Source of the DNA: Candidatus Giovannonibacteria bacterium RIFOXYD1_FULL_48_21
Lineage (GTDB): Bacteria > Patescibacteriota > Minisyncoccia > JACPKW01 > UBA11713
Reading direction: 5' to 3'
Length of the DNA stretch: 64,000 nucleotides
NCBI GenBank assembly: GCA_001778985.1
Contig: MFIU01000001.1
Coordinates: forward strand, 190,934-254,933
Shown here: positions 9,965 to 19,568 of the stretch, piece by piece
How the letters are laid out: each line of letters begins with the position of its first letter
How positions within the stretch are numbered: the stretch's first letter is position 1
Made by a program: the position numbers and the translations under genes
The notes under the pieces: generated by a model
Told to the model about the DNA's origin: nothing
Databases searched by the model: none
The model's input: the letters and a program-made list of their open reading frames with translations, nothing else

Positions 9965-10428
9965 ATTATCTGGATTTGTTGATTATTTTTCTCGCGAAAT
10001 ATCTCGGCTGGGCGCTTGGAATTCTGGCGGTTTTTATTTTTTTAAAAAATAGGCGTCTTCTTTTGGAATCCTTCCTCTCGGCCGCGGTTGCGCGTTTCGG
10101 GATTACGGACCTTATCCGCTATTTTTACAATAGGCCGCGGCCATTTGAAGTTGGAGATTTCACTCCTTTGATTTCGCATGAATACGGCTATTCTTTTCCA
10201 TCTGGGCACGCCGCTTTTTTCTTCGCGCTCGCGACTGCGATATTTTTATACAACCGCCGCTGGGGCGCGGTGTTTTTCATCGGCGCTATTTTAATCAGCC
10301 TCGGCCGCGTTTGGGCTGGCGTTCATTGGTACTCGGACATTTTAGGAGGCGCGATTGTCGGTATTTTGACGAGTATTTTAGTTAATTTTCTTGTCAGAAA
10401 ATTTCAAAGGCCCGGGTCAAGTGTCTGA
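9961..10428 (+). CDS. PAP2 family phosphatase (undecaprenyl-diphosphatase-like)
   Basis: RPRP, SFPSGH, RVWAGVHWYSD motifs with TM segments. Confidence 0.9.
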   Translation: MNYLDLLIIFLAKYLGWALGILAVFIFLKNRRLLLESFLSAAVARFGITDLIRYFYNRPRPFEVGDFTPLISHEYGYSFPSGHAAFFFALATAIFLYNRRWGAVFFIGAILISLGRVWAGVHWYSDILGGAIVGILTSILVNFLVRKFQRPGSSV

Positions 10429-10704
10429 CCGCGGGCCTTGAGGTTGGTAAGGAACATCCGGTATAGATTTTATAAATTCATTATATTTTATTTCTTCAAG
10501 TTCCCTCCTAAGTAGTGCCTCAATGTGTCCAATGGCTTCTCCGGAGAGCCGCACCAGATATGACTTTCTGTCATTTCCACCTTGACGCGCTTTATTGAAT
10601 TCCGCGAGAATTTCTTCGAGCATGGCCCGCACGTCAACCGACTTTTTTCTGCGGCCGCCGAGATGCAGGTATAGCGCAAAACGTCTCCACCATAAAAAAG
10701 TCAT
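10417..10704 (-). CDS. Hypothetical protein
   Basis: 95-aa ORF with a strong SD (AAAGGAGG) upstream; no recognisable motif. Confidence 0.55.
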   Translation of the reverse strand: MTFLWWRRFALYLHLGGRRKKSVDVRAMLEEILAEFNKARQGGNDRKSYLVRLSGEAIGHIEALLRRELEEIKYNEFIKSIPDVPYQPQGPRSDT

Positions 10705-10743
10705 TTTATCCTCCTTTAATCTTTAAATTTTTTAAATTGCTGT

Positions 10744-10830
10744 TGGTGCCGCGGGAGGGGGTCGAACCCTCATGAGCTTTCGCTCGCAGGATTTTGAGTC
10801 CTGTGCGTCTGCCAGTTCCGCCACCGCGGC
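10744..10830 (-). tRNA. tRNA-Leu(CAA)
   Basis: GCCGCGG acceptor, anticodon arm CAGGA-CTCAAAA-TCCTG, long variable arm, GGTTCGACCC, encoded CCA. Confidence 0.96.
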
Positions 10831-10837
10831 ATATTAT

Positions 10838-11074
10838 TTATTTTAATTGATCTAGAAATTTTCTTCCTTGCCCACTTTTAAGAAATTTTTCTCTTTTGCG
10901 TGCTTCCTCGTATGAAGCACAATTTTCAACAAGTACAGTTTCAAATGTTGCGTACGGTTTCGTAGTCAAATTATATCCTTCGTTGTGCTGTTTTAATCTT
11001 CTCGCGAAATTATTGGTAATTCCTACATATCTGTAGTTGTGTTTCATACTTTTAATTACATATACATGCACCAT
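10838..11074 (-). CDS. Small GIY-YIG nuclease
   Basis: VYVI...YVGITNN..RRLKQHN.G...EARKREKFLKSGQGR. Confidence 0.92.
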   Translation of the reverse strand: MVHVYVIKSMKHNYRYVGITNNFARRLKQHNEGYNLTTKPYATFETVLVENCASYEEARKREKFLKSGQGRKFLDQLK

Positions 11075-11174
11075 AGGATTTTGAGCTTGCCCGCCTTAGG
11101 CGGGTCGTGCGCGGTCGCCAGAGGCGACTAAATCTGCCAGTTCCGCTTTACCCGCCAGAGGCGGGCACCGCGGC
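11075..11174 (-). pseudogene. Displaced 5' half of tRNA-Leu interrupted by three 19-nt hairpin insertions
   Basis: Removing 11086-11104, 11114-11132 and 11147-11165 leaves GCCGCGGTGGCGGAACTGGCAGACGCGCACGACTCAAAATCCT, 41/43 identical to the 5' half of the intact tRNA-Leu. Confidence 0.93.
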
Positions 11175-11212
11175 CCGTCTCGTCTCGCCTCGTCGAGACA
11201 AGCAATACCTCG

Positions 11213-11241
11213 AATTTAAAAGTTTTTTAGCTTATTGTCAA
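11213..11241 (-). promoter_or_regulatory. Putative sigma70 promoter for the tRNA-Leu/GIY-YIG unit
   Basis: TTGACA - 17 nt - TAAATT on the minus strand. Confidence 0.55.
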
Positions 11242-11270
11242 TTTGATTAATTTTTTATACGATTTTATAT

Positions 11271-12170
11271 ATGGCGGAATTTGGAGAACCCAGAAGAAGT
11301 TCAAGTATTTTCTTTATCGAACTTGACCGCATCAAGCCCAATTCCATGCAGCCCCGCACCGAATTCGATGAGGGGCGGCTTTCTGAACTCGCGGAATCAA
11401 TCCGGCAGTATGGGGTGCTGCAGCCGCTGGTGGTTCTCCGCCAGGAGAAGGCCACACCCACCGGCGTTGTCGCTGAATATGAGCTTATTGCCGGCGAGCG
11501 CCGTTTGCGCGCGGCCCGCTTAGCGGGCCTTCGCGAGGTGCCGGTTATCATCCGGCAGGAGTCCGCGGACAAAATTAAACTTGAGCTCGCCTTGGTGGAA
11601 AACGTCCAGCGGGAGGATTTAAACGTGGTTGACCGCGCCCAGGCCTTCCGCCGGTTGAATGAAGAATTCGGTCTTGGTCACAGGGATATCGGCGCGAGAA
11701 TCGGAAAATCGCGCGAATACGTTTCAAACTCGCTGCGTCTTTTGTCCCTTCCTTCCGAACTCCAGGCCTCGTTGCGGGACGGACGCATAACCGAAAGCCA
11801 CGCCCGGCTGTTGCTGACTTTGCAGTCTCAACCCCAGGAACAAAAAGCGCTCATGGACGATATTATTTTCAGAGGGCTTAACGTTCGCGAAACCGAACGC
11901 CTCACCAAAGAGCTTACCGCCGGAGTTAAAAAAGAAATCAAAAATCTTGACCCGGAAACAAAGACTTTGGAAGAAAAGCTCGCCGCGGCCCTGGGGGCTC
12001 GCGTCTATATTTCAAAAAATGAATCAGGCGGCCGGGTTTCGATTGAATTTTTTTCGCCGGAAGAATTAAGGGCTTTTGTGGAACGCTTCGAGCCCGAACC
12101 TATGAGCCCAGAAGGACAAGTGGTTTTGGCCGAGGTTCGGCCGGAAGACTTGGAAGAGTTTACGATCTGA
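11271..12170 (+). CDS. parB: ParB/Spo0J partition protein
   Basis: QPRTEFD, GVLQPL, LIAGERRLRAA, ENVQREDL, HTH region. Confidence 0.95.
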   Translation: MAEFGEPRRSSSIFFIELDRIKPNSMQPRTEFDEGRLSELAESIRQYGVLQPLVVLRQEKATPTGVVAEYELIAGERRLRAARLAGLREVPVIIRQESADKIKLELALVENVQREDLNVVDRAQAFRRLNEEFGLGHRDIGARIGKSREYVSNSLRLLSLPSELQASLRDGRITESHARLLLTLQSQPQEQKALMDDIIFRGLNVRETERLTKELTAGVKKEIKNLDPETKTLEEKLAAALGARVYISKNESGGRVSIEFFSPEELRAFVERFEPEPMSPEGQVVLAEVRPEDLEEFTI

Positions 12171-13884
12171 CCTCGGTGGTAACTTTTTTAACCCCCGCTA
12201 TTTTTTCGAGCTTCGGCTTGATTTTTTCAATCTCAGCCTTGTTTTTAGGGATGAACCTTACACGGATGGGCGCTTCTTCGTTGCCGGAGCGGGCCGATAT
12301 TAAAGTCTGAATGTTGATGCGGTTCTTGGCGAAGATTGAAGTGATGTCTTTGATAAAGCCCACCCGACTTTTTCCGTAAATTTTTACTTCCACCAGTTTT
12401 TCTTCAGGTTCCAGAAAAGTTCTCTTTGGCGAAATCCGGAGCGCCCTTCGAATTCTGTTTTTAGCCAGATTGGTTTTAACCAACGAGAGCCATTCCGGCG
12501 AAGGCCTTTTGTTTTTTTGGGTGATTATTTCTACCACTTCTCCCGACTGGAGTTCCCGCTCGAAAGCGACCATCCGTCCGTCTACTTTGGCGCCAGACGC
12601 GCGGTTGCCGATCTCCGAATGGATATGATAAGCGAAGTCCAGAGGAGTGGCGCCCTTGGGCAGGTCGATTACGTCGCCCTTCGGCGTTAAGACGAAAATT
12701 CGGTCTTGGAAAAAATCTATCTTGAACGCTTCGAGAAGTTCTTCGGAAGAAGAGCGCTCTTTTTTGAATTCCTTGTGCCAGTCGTGAAGTTGGCGAATCC
12801 AATTAAATTTCTGGCCCAGGATTTTTAAACCTTCTTTCGGTTTTCCGGCCTCGCTCCAGGCCCAATGGGCCGCAATGCCCGCTTCGGCCTCGCGGTGCAT
12901 CTGGGGAGTCCGAATCTGGAATTCCACCATGGTCCTGGCTTTGGTAAAAACGCTGGTGTGGAGCGATTGGTAGCCGTTCGGCTTGGGGAGAGCGATGTAA
13001 TCCTTGAATTTTCCAGGGACCGGTTTCCATAGTTTGTGGATTATGCCCACCGCGGCGTAGCAGTCCTTAATGTCGGGTACGATGATTCTTAAAGCTATCA
13101 AGTCTGCCAGATGCGTCCAGTCGCCGTCGTATCGCTTCAATTTTTGCCAGATGGAATAAAGGTGCTTGGCGCGGTAAGAGAGTTCGAGCGGTCTGATATT
13201 TTCTTTTAAAAGTTCTGCTTCGACCTGCGGCGCGATTTTCTTGAGGTAGCGTTCCCGCTCCGGCGCGATTTTTTTAACTTCGGAGGAAATCCTTTCGTAC
13301 TCCTGGGGGTAGAGGTATTTCATCGATAAATCTTCCAGCTGGGCTTTGACATTCCACATCCCCAAGCGTTCGGCCAGCGGGGCGTAGAGCGAGAGCGTTT
13401 CTCCGGCAATCCGTTCCCGCTTTTCCGGAGCAAGCCAGTCGGCAGTTTCCATATTATGGAGGCGGTCCGCGAGCTTGATGATTACCACCCGGATATCTTC
13501 GGCTACCGCCATGAACATTTTTCTGACCGACTCCAAGGCGCGGTCGGTGCCGGAGGCTTTAACTTTCTCCACCTTGGTGACCGCGTCCACCAAAAAGGCG
13601 ATTTCTTCTCCGAATTTTTTTCTAATCTCTGCGAGGGAGGTCGGGGTAGTTTCGGCCACGTCGTGCAGAAGCCCGGCCGCGATTGTGGCCCGATCCATTT
13701 TTAACTTAGCCAGTTTTAGCGAGACGGCGGCGGAATGAGTGAGGTAATCCTCGCCGGAGAGTCTTTTTTCGCCCGCGTGGATTTGGGCGGCGAAATCAAA
13801 AACCTTTTTCAAAAATTCTCTGTCTTTGACGGCGAGATTTAGGGAACTTAGTTCGCGTTCGTAATTCTCCCAACCCATAGTCAT
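12160..13884 (-). CDS. RelA/SpoT family (p)ppGpp synthetase/hydrolase (HD-SYNTH-TGS-ACT)
   Basis: LLHDVAE, IKLADRLHNM, KDYIALPKPNGYQSLH, EFQIRT, TPLDFAYHIH; ATG 13884 overlaps the topA stop (ATGA). Confidence 0.92.
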   Translation of the reverse strand: MTMGWENYERELSSLNLAVKDREFLKKVFDFAAQIHAGEKRLSGEDYLTHSAAVSLKLAKLKMDRATIAAGLLHDVAETTPTSLAEIRKKFGEEIAFLVDAVTKVEKVKASGTDRALESVRKMFMAVAEDIRVVIIKLADRLHNMETADWLAPEKRERIAGETLSLYAPLAERLGMWNVKAQLEDLSMKYLYPQEYERISSEVKKIAPERERYLKKIAPQVEAELLKENIRPLELSYRAKHLYSIWQKLKRYDGDWTHLADLIALRIIVPDIKDCYAAVGIIHKLWKPVPGKFKDYIALPKPNGYQSLHTSVFTKARTMVEFQIRTPQMHREAEAGIAAHWAWSEAGKPKEGLKILGQKFNWIRQLHDWHKEFKKERSSSEELLEAFKIDFFQDRIFVLTPKGDVIDLPKGATPLDFAYHIHSEIGNRASGAKVDGRMVAFERELQSGEVVEIITQKNKRPSPEWLSLVKTNLAKNRIRRALRISPKRTFLEPEEKLVEVKIYGKSRVGFIKDITSIFAKNRINIQTLISARSGNEEAPIRVRFIPKNKAEIEKIKPKLEKIAGVKKVTTEVRS

Positions 13885-15983
13885 GGTGCGGGCTTGGGGG
13901 GTAATTCTTTGGCTTGAAAGTCGCAGGATTTGGAGGAACATTTTATTCCGTTCTTAACCTCAACGAGGGGTGAGGAGCATTGGGGGCAGGTCTGACCGTT
14001 TGGTTTGGGCCAAGAGGCAAAGTCGCACTTGGGCCAGCGGGAACAGCCGTAGAAAATTTTTCCGCGCCGGGTAGAGCGCTCCACGATTTCGCCCTCATGG
14101 CATTTTAGGCAAGTTAAGTTTAACGACACCGGCGGCAGGGGCTTGGTGTTTTTGCATTCCGGAAATCCGGAGCAGGCTAAAAATCGTCCGAAACGCCCCC
14201 GCTTTATCACCATCGGTTTTCCGCATTTCTCGCAGAGCTCATCGGTGGCTTCTTGGAAATCCCGCTTCTCGACGCTTTCATATTTTTCCGCGAGATGCCG
14301 GGAGAAGGGGCCGTAGAATTCTCTGATGATTTTCTGCCAGGAAATTTCGCCGGAAGCCACTTCGTCCAGCTCCTCCTCCATTTTGGCCGTAAACTGGATG
14401 TCCACGATTTCCGGAAAATGTTCGACCAGCATGTCGTTGACGATGAAGCCGATTTCCGTCGGAACCAGGCGCTTTTTATCGTTGCGCTGGACGTAGCCCC
14501 GTTCCTGAATCGTGGCGATAATCGGAGCATAAGTGGAAGGCCGGCCGATTCCGTATTTCTCAAGTATTTTTACCAGGCTCGCTTCGGTCCAGCGGGGCGG
14601 CGGCTCGGTAAAATGCTCGAGGGGCGTTATTTCCCGCAGATTCAATTTTGTCCCGGGTTCGAGCTTGGGCAGCTGGACTTCCAAAAATTTTGATGGATAG
14701 ATTTTAAGAAAACCGTCGAATTTCATCGCCTGCCCGGTAGCCCGAAAGGTATAATTGCCGGCTTTAATGTCCGCCGTGGTGGTGTCGAAAAGCGATGGCG
14801 GCATCTGGGAAGCTGAAAATCTCCGCCAAATCAGCTCGTAGAGTTTCAGCTGCCGCCGGTTCAAGAAATTTTTTATTGATTCCGGGGTTCTCGCTGGATC
14901 GGTGGGACGGATTGCTTCGTGGGCCTCTTGGGCGCCTTTAGTTTTGGTTTTGAAAATGCGGGGCGTTTTTAAGGCGTATTTTTCTCCTTGTTCTTTAATC
15001 AGAAATTCTCTGGCGGCCGCGAGAGCATCCTGGGAAAGATTCAAAGAGTCCGTACGCATGTAGGTGATGAGTCCCACCGGACCTTCGCCAAGTTCAATTC
15101 CCTCATAGAGCTGTTGGGCTAAGAGCATGGTTTGTTTAGCGGTGAAGCCAAGGCGCCGGAAAGCTTCTTGCTGCAGGGTGGAGGTGGTGAAAGGCGCCGG
15201 GGGGTTTTTGACCATTTCTTTTTTTTCAGAGTTTTCCACCAGCCAGTCTTTTCCCGCGAGTCGGGCCAGAATTTCTTCCGCCGCCTGCTTATTTTTGATG
15301 GCAAATTTGTCTAGCGTTTCGCCGTCTTTTTTTATCAAGACAGCTTCAAATTCTTTTCCGGTCTTTTTTTCAGTTTCGAGTTTAGCCAAGATGGTCCAAT
15401 ACTCTTGGGGCTGGAAGCTCTGAATTTCCCGCTCGCGCTCGACAATCAGCCGAACCGCCACGGATTGGACTCGGCCGGCCGAGAGGCCGCGGTAGATTTT
15501 TTTCCACAAAAAAGGAGAAAGCTTGTAGCCGACCAGGCGGTCAAGGATTCTTCGTGCCTGCTGGGCATCCACCAATTTCATGTCCATCTCTCGCGGATTC
15601 TTAAGCGCTTCCTCAATGGCCCGCTTGGTGATTTCGTGAAAAACAATTCTCTCCGTTTTTGGAATTTGGTTTTTGGAATTTGGTTTCTCCAGGTCCAGGG
15701 CCTCGGTCAGGTGCCAGGCGATGGCCTCGCCTTCCCGGTCTTCATCCGTGGCGAGAATGATTTTGTCCGCCTTCTGGACTTCTTTCTTTAGGGTGTTTAC
15801 GTTTTTTCGGGCCCGGGTGGGAATGACGTACTTCGGCTTAAAATCTTTATTTTCGTCGATGCCCAGCGAAGATTTGGGAAGATCGCGGATGTGTCCGTAG
15901 GAAGAAAGAACCTTAAAATCTCCAGGAACAAAACTGGAGATGGTGCGCGCTTTGGTGGGCGACTCTACGATTATTAATTTCAC
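13881..15983 (-). CDS. topA: DNA topoisomerase I
   Basis: IVESPTKA, ATDEDREGEAI, SAGRVQS, ITYMRTDS, C-terminal zinc ribbons; GTG 15983 is the likely start (alternative ATG 16001). Confidence 0.97.
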   Translation of the reverse strand: MKLIIVESPTKARTISSFVPGDFKVLSSYGHIRDLPKSSLGIDENKDFKPKYVIPTRARKNVNTLKKEVQKADKIILATDEDREGEAIAWHLTEALDLEKPNSKNQIPKTERIVFHEITKRAIEEALKNPREMDMKLVDAQQARRILDRLVGYKLSPFLWKKIYRGLSAGRVQSVAVRLIVEREREIQSFQPQEYWTILAKLETEKKTGKEFEAVLIKKDGETLDKFAIKNKQAAEEILARLAGKDWLVENSEKKEMVKNPPAPFTTSTLQQEAFRRLGFTAKQTMLLAQQLYEGIELGEGPVGLITYMRTDSLNLSQDALAAAREFLIKEQGEKYALKTPRIFKTKTKGAQEAHEAIRPTDPARTPESIKNFLNRRQLKLYELIWRRFSASQMPPSLFDTTTADIKAGNYTFRATGQAMKFDGFLKIYPSKFLEVQLPKLEPGTKLNLREITPLEHFTEPPPRWTEASLVKILEKYGIGRPSTYAPIIATIQERGYVQRNDKKRLVPTEIGFIVNDMLVEHFPEIVDIQFTAKMEEELDEVASGEISWQKIIREFYGPFSRHLAEKYESVEKRDFQEATDELCEKCGKPMVIKRGRFGRFLACSGFPECKNTKPLPPVSLNLTCLKCHEGEIVERSTRRGKIFYGCSRWPKCDFASWPKPNGQTCPQCSSPLVEVKNGIKCSSKSCDFQAKELPPKPAP

Positions 15984-16095
15984 CCCGTTAGAATTTTTCA
16001 TAAATTTTCCCCTTGATCATAGCCGAAAGCCGCGAGGCGAGTTCGCTTCTTAAAAAATATAATGGACACAATCTCGGTTGAAATTCTAACGGGGT
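15982..16095. repeat. Short element bounded by perfect 15-bp inverted repeats (CCCGTTAGA family), copy 2
   Basis: ACCCCGTTAGAATTT (15982-15996) and AAATTCTAACGGGGT (16081-16095); fills the dprA-topA junction. Confidence 0.85.
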
Positions 16096-16956
16096 TCATA
16101 TAGATTTGTGCCAAAGTCCGCCCTTTTGTTTTACTAAATTTTTTAGTTCGAGTTCCATCAATTTTTGACTCAAAAGCGAAGGTTTTAATTTGAGCTCGAG
16201 AATAATTTCATCCGCGCTTTTAGGTTCCTCGAGATATTGAAGCAAAGTTTGGGCGAATTCGTCCAGCTTGTCAAGCCCGGCGTTTTTTTCTTTGGGTACT
16301 TTCCCTATAAGATAGAGCGCGTCCTCGGGGCTTAAAATCGGGTGCGCTCCTTCTCTCAAGAGGCGGTTTGAGCCTATGAAATTCGAACGCGAGATGTCCG
16401 CCGGCACAACCGCCACTTCGCGTCCGGCCTCGAGGGCCAATCGCGCCGTAATCAAGGCGCCTGATTTCTCCGGAGCTTCTATTACAATAATTAGCTGCGA
16501 GAGCCCGGCGATTATCCGATTTCTTTCCGGAAAAGTGAAATATTGCCCCTTGGTTTCCGGAGGATATTCCGTTATCAAAGCGCCGCCCTTTTGGACAATG
16601 GAATTCGCGAGAGGTAAGTTTATTTTAGGCCAAACATTATCCAAGCCCGAACCCAAAACCGCCCAGGTTACGCCTTCGCCCGCCAGCGCTCCTTCGTGCG
16701 CGCTCGAATCTATTCCGAGCGCGAGACCCGACACCACCAAAACTCCTTCCCGAGCCAGAGTTTCGGCTATTTTGAAAGCCGTTTCTTTGCCGTAGGAAGT
16801 CGCGCGCCTCGTTCCCACGATCGCCACTTTGGGAGCACTCGACTGAAGATTTCCTCTTATATAAAGACCCTTGGGCGGCCAAGGAGTTTCGAGAAGCTCT
16901 TTCGGAAAATTCTCTGTGTCTTTCTTCACAAAATAAATTTCTTCCCTCGCTTCCAT
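16096..16956 (-). CDS. dprA: DNA-processing protein DprA
   Basis: AIVGTR, VSGLALGID, FPERNRIIAGLS, SGALITA; upstream of topA. Confidence 0.95.
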   Translation of the reverse strand: MEAREEIYFVKKDTENFPKELLETPWPPKGLYIRGNLQSSAPKVAIVGTRRATSYGKETAFKIAETLAREGVLVVSGLALGIDSSAHEGALAGEGVTWAVLGSGLDNVWPKINLPLANSIVQKGGALITEYPPETKGQYFTFPERNRIIAGLSQLIIVIEAPEKSGALITARLALEAGREVAVVPADISRSNFIGSNRLLREGAHPILSPEDALYLIGKVPKEKNAGLDKLDEFAQTLLQYLEEPKSADEIILELKLKPSLLSQKLMELELKNLVKQKGGLWHKSI

Positions 16957-17062
16957 ATTTTTTAACTATACTTCAATTAAAATTTAAGGTAAAATTTTGG
17001 GCATGAAATGGATTGGAATAAGCGGAGTTGATTTTGTGAAAGAATTTTGCTAAACTTAAAAA

Positions 17063-17257
17063 ATGGCAAAGGACTGGACAAAGATTTGGGAAAAATACAA
17101 AGGGCTTTGGGTGGCTTTGGATGAGGATGAGGAAACGGTATTGGGGGCAGGGAAGACCGTGCGTGAGGCCTTGGAGGAAGCAAAGAAAAAGACTGACAAA
17201 ACGCCTTATTTAACTCGGATGCCAGAAAAGCTCGTCGCTTATGTCGGCGTTCTATGA
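17063..17257 (+). CDS. Small DUF5678-like protein
   Basis: KYKGLWVAL...V.GAGKTVREALEEA; coupled by ATGA to the next gene. Confidence 0.7.
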   Translation: MAKDWTKIWEKYKGLWVALDEDEETVLGAGKTVREALEEAKKKTDKTPYLTRMPEKLVAYVGVL

Positions 17258-17655
17258 AGTTCAGATATGCCCGATATGGTTCGATACTTCGACCGGTCAT
17301 ACCGATAAAAGTTAAGAATGGCGGTAATGAAATTGGTTATCACGTTCTCGTAGATTCAGGAGCGGATCTATGTTTGTTTGACGAGGAGATCGGGCAAACT
17401 TTGGGCATCGATGTGCGAAGCGGAAGGGCGCAAGAAGTTTTTGGCGTTGGAGGTAAAACCTCGGCGTATTATCTTCACAGGGTACAAGTAGAAATCGGTG
17501 GTCATGAATATGATATTGAAGCCGGATTTATGCAGAATGTGGCCGGTCATATTATGACTTATGGCATAGTTGGCCAGAAGGGATTCTTTGATATCTTTGT
17601 TGTAAAATTTGATCTTACTAAGGAGGAAATAGAGCTGAAAGAACGGAGAAGATAA
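17254..17655 (+). CDS. Retropepsin-like aspartyl protease
   Basis: RPVIPI, LVDSGAD, GVGG flap, GIVGQKGFF. Confidence 0.8.
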   Translation: MKFRYARYGSILRPVIPIKVKNGGNEIGYHVLVDSGADLCLFDEEIGQTLGIDVRSGRAQEVFGVGGKTSAYYLHRVQVEIGGHEYDIEAGFMQNVAGHIMTYGIVGQKGFFDIFVVKFDLTKEEIELKERRR

Positions 17656-17708
17656 TTTTTAGAGTGAACCCCTTTTCTTTTTTTGGGAAATATATATAAT
17701 GTAGAAAC

Positions 17709-19568
17709 ATGAAGCTTATTTCAAAGAATATCATTGTAGCTTTTCTTATTTTGATGCTCCTGGCCGGGGCGTATTCGGTTTTGCAGGAAAACCTCCGCTC
17801 CCAGGACGAATTATCCCTTTCCGAACTCGTCAAAAAGATTAACGCCGGCGAGGTTGGGAGCATTGTCGTCAGGGGAGACGAGCTTGAGGTAACCTTGAAA
17901 AACGACGCGGTTTTCCTTGCTAAAAAGGAAGCCGAGAGTTCGCTTTCTGAAACCTTGGCCAACTACAGCGTTTCCAAAGAAGCGCTGGGCCAGGTTTCAG
18001 TTGAAGTAAAAAATCCCTCGGGCTTTTTATTCTGGCTCGCGGCCCTCCTGCCGTTTCTGCTTCCGTTTCTGCTGATCGCGCTTTTTTTCTGGCTAGCGGC
18101 CCGGCAGGTACAGAGGGCGAATATTCAAGCTTTCACCTTCGGGCAATCCAGAGCCCGCGTGGTTCAGCCTGATTCCAAAAAAGAAAGGGTTACTTTTCGG
18201 GACGTGGCCGGAGTTAAAGAAGCCAAAGAAGAGCTCGTTGAGATTGTGGAATTTCTGCGCGCCCCAAAGAAATTTTTAGATATCGGCGCCAGGATTCCCA
18301 AAGGGGTTTTATTGATGGGAGCTCCGGGCACGGGAAAAACGCTTTTAGCGCGAGCGGTGGCGGGGGAGGCCAACGTTCCGTTCTTTCATATCTCGGGTTC
18401 TGAATTCGTGGAGATGTTCGTGGGAGTCGGGGCTTCGCGAGTCCGCGATTTGTTCAAAATGGCTAAGCGCTCCGCGCCGGCGATTGTATTCATCGATGAG
18501 ATTGACGCGGTCGGGCGTCATCGCGGCGCGGGACTTGGCGGCGGACATGACGAGCGGGAGCAGACCTTGAACCAAATTCTGGTTGAGATGGACGGCTTTG
18601 AGCCGCACGAGTCCGTGATTGTGATGGCTGGCACCAATCGTCCGGATGTTCTGGACCCCGCGCTTCTGCGTCCCGGAAGATTTGACCGCAGGGTGATTCT
18701 CGACCTTCCGGATATTAACGACCGCGAAGAGATTTTAAAACTTCACGCTTTGAAAAAACCTTTAGGCAAGGAAATAAGCCTTAGGCTCATTGCCGAGCGC
18801 ACCCCGGGTTTTTCCGGAGCGGATTTGGCGAACTTGATGAATGAGGCCGCGATTCTGGCGGCGAGAGAAAACCGGAAAACAGTAAGCCAGCTGGATTTAA
18901 CCCGCTCTATCGAGAAAGTCCTCCTGGGTCCTGAGCGGAAAAGCCACATCCTTTCGCAGAAAGAAAAAGAAATTTCAGCTTATCACGAGGCCGGGCACGC
19001 CCTGGTGGCCGCAGTTTTACCTAATGCTGACCCCGTCCACAAAATTACAATTGTGGCCCGCGGCCGGGCGGCCGGCTACACTCTGAAACTTCCCTCTGAA
19101 GACCGCCATCTCTACTCTCGGCCGAATTTTTTGGATGAGCTGGCCGCCGCGCTCGGCGGTTACGCTTCGGAGAAACTGGTTTTCGGAGAACTTACCACCG
19201 GCTCGGCCGATGATATTCGCAAGGCCACAATGATTGTGCGGGATTTGGTAACAAGATACGGCATGTCTGAGAAAATCGGGCCCATAACCCTCGGCGAGAG
19301 AGATGAACTTGTGTTTCTGGGTAAGGAGCTCGGAATCGAGAAAAATTATTCCGAAGAAACGGGCCGGCTGATTGATTCTGAAATGAAGCGCTTCATGAAA
19401 AACGCGTTTTCGCGCGCCCTGGGAATCTTGAGAAAATACCGAAAGGTGCTCAACGCTCTCGCCGGACGTTTGATTGAAAACGAGACCATCGAGCGCGAGG
19501 AGTTCGAAGCGATTTTGAGCTCTTTCGGTCTGAAGCAAATCCTGCTCGCGCCTGTAGCTCAACGGTAG
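17709..19568 (+). CDS. ftsH: ATP-dependent zinc metalloprotease FtsH
   Basis: Two TM segments, [29 protein letters not shown]. Confidence 0.97.
   Translation: MKLISKNIIVAFLILMLLAGAYSVLQENLRSQDELSLSELVKKINAGEVGSIVVRGDELEVTLKNDAVFLAKKEAESSLSETLANYSVSKEALGQVSVEVKNPSGFLFWLAALLPFLLPFLLIALFFWLAARQVQRANIQAFTFGQSRARVVQPDSKKERVTFRDVAGVKEAKEELVEIVEFLRAPKKFLDIGARIPKGVLLMGAPGTGKTLLARAVAGEANVPFFHISGSEFVEMFVGVGASRVRDLFKMAKRSAPAIVFIDEIDAVGRHRGAGLGGGHDEREQTLNQILVEMDGFEPHESVIVMAGTNRPDVLDPALLRPGRFDRRVILDLPDINDREEILKLHALKKPLGKEISLRLIAERTPGFSGADLANLMNEAAILAARENRKTVSQLDLTRSIEKVLLGPERKSHILSQKEKEISAYHEAGHALVAAVLPNADPVHKITIVARGRAAGYTLKLPSEDRHLYSRPNFLDELAAALGGYASEKLVFGELTTGSADDIRKATMIVRDLVTRYGMSEKIGPITLGERDELVFLGKELGIEKNYSEETGRLIDSEMKRFMKNAFSRALGILRKYRKVLNALAGRLIENETIEREEFEAILSSFGLKQILLAPVAQR

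Noticed and set aside
11075-11174. tRNA with multiple introns or a split tRNA
   Set aside because: No bulge-helix-bulge or group I structure, no separate 3' half, and a complete tRNA-Leu lies downstream.
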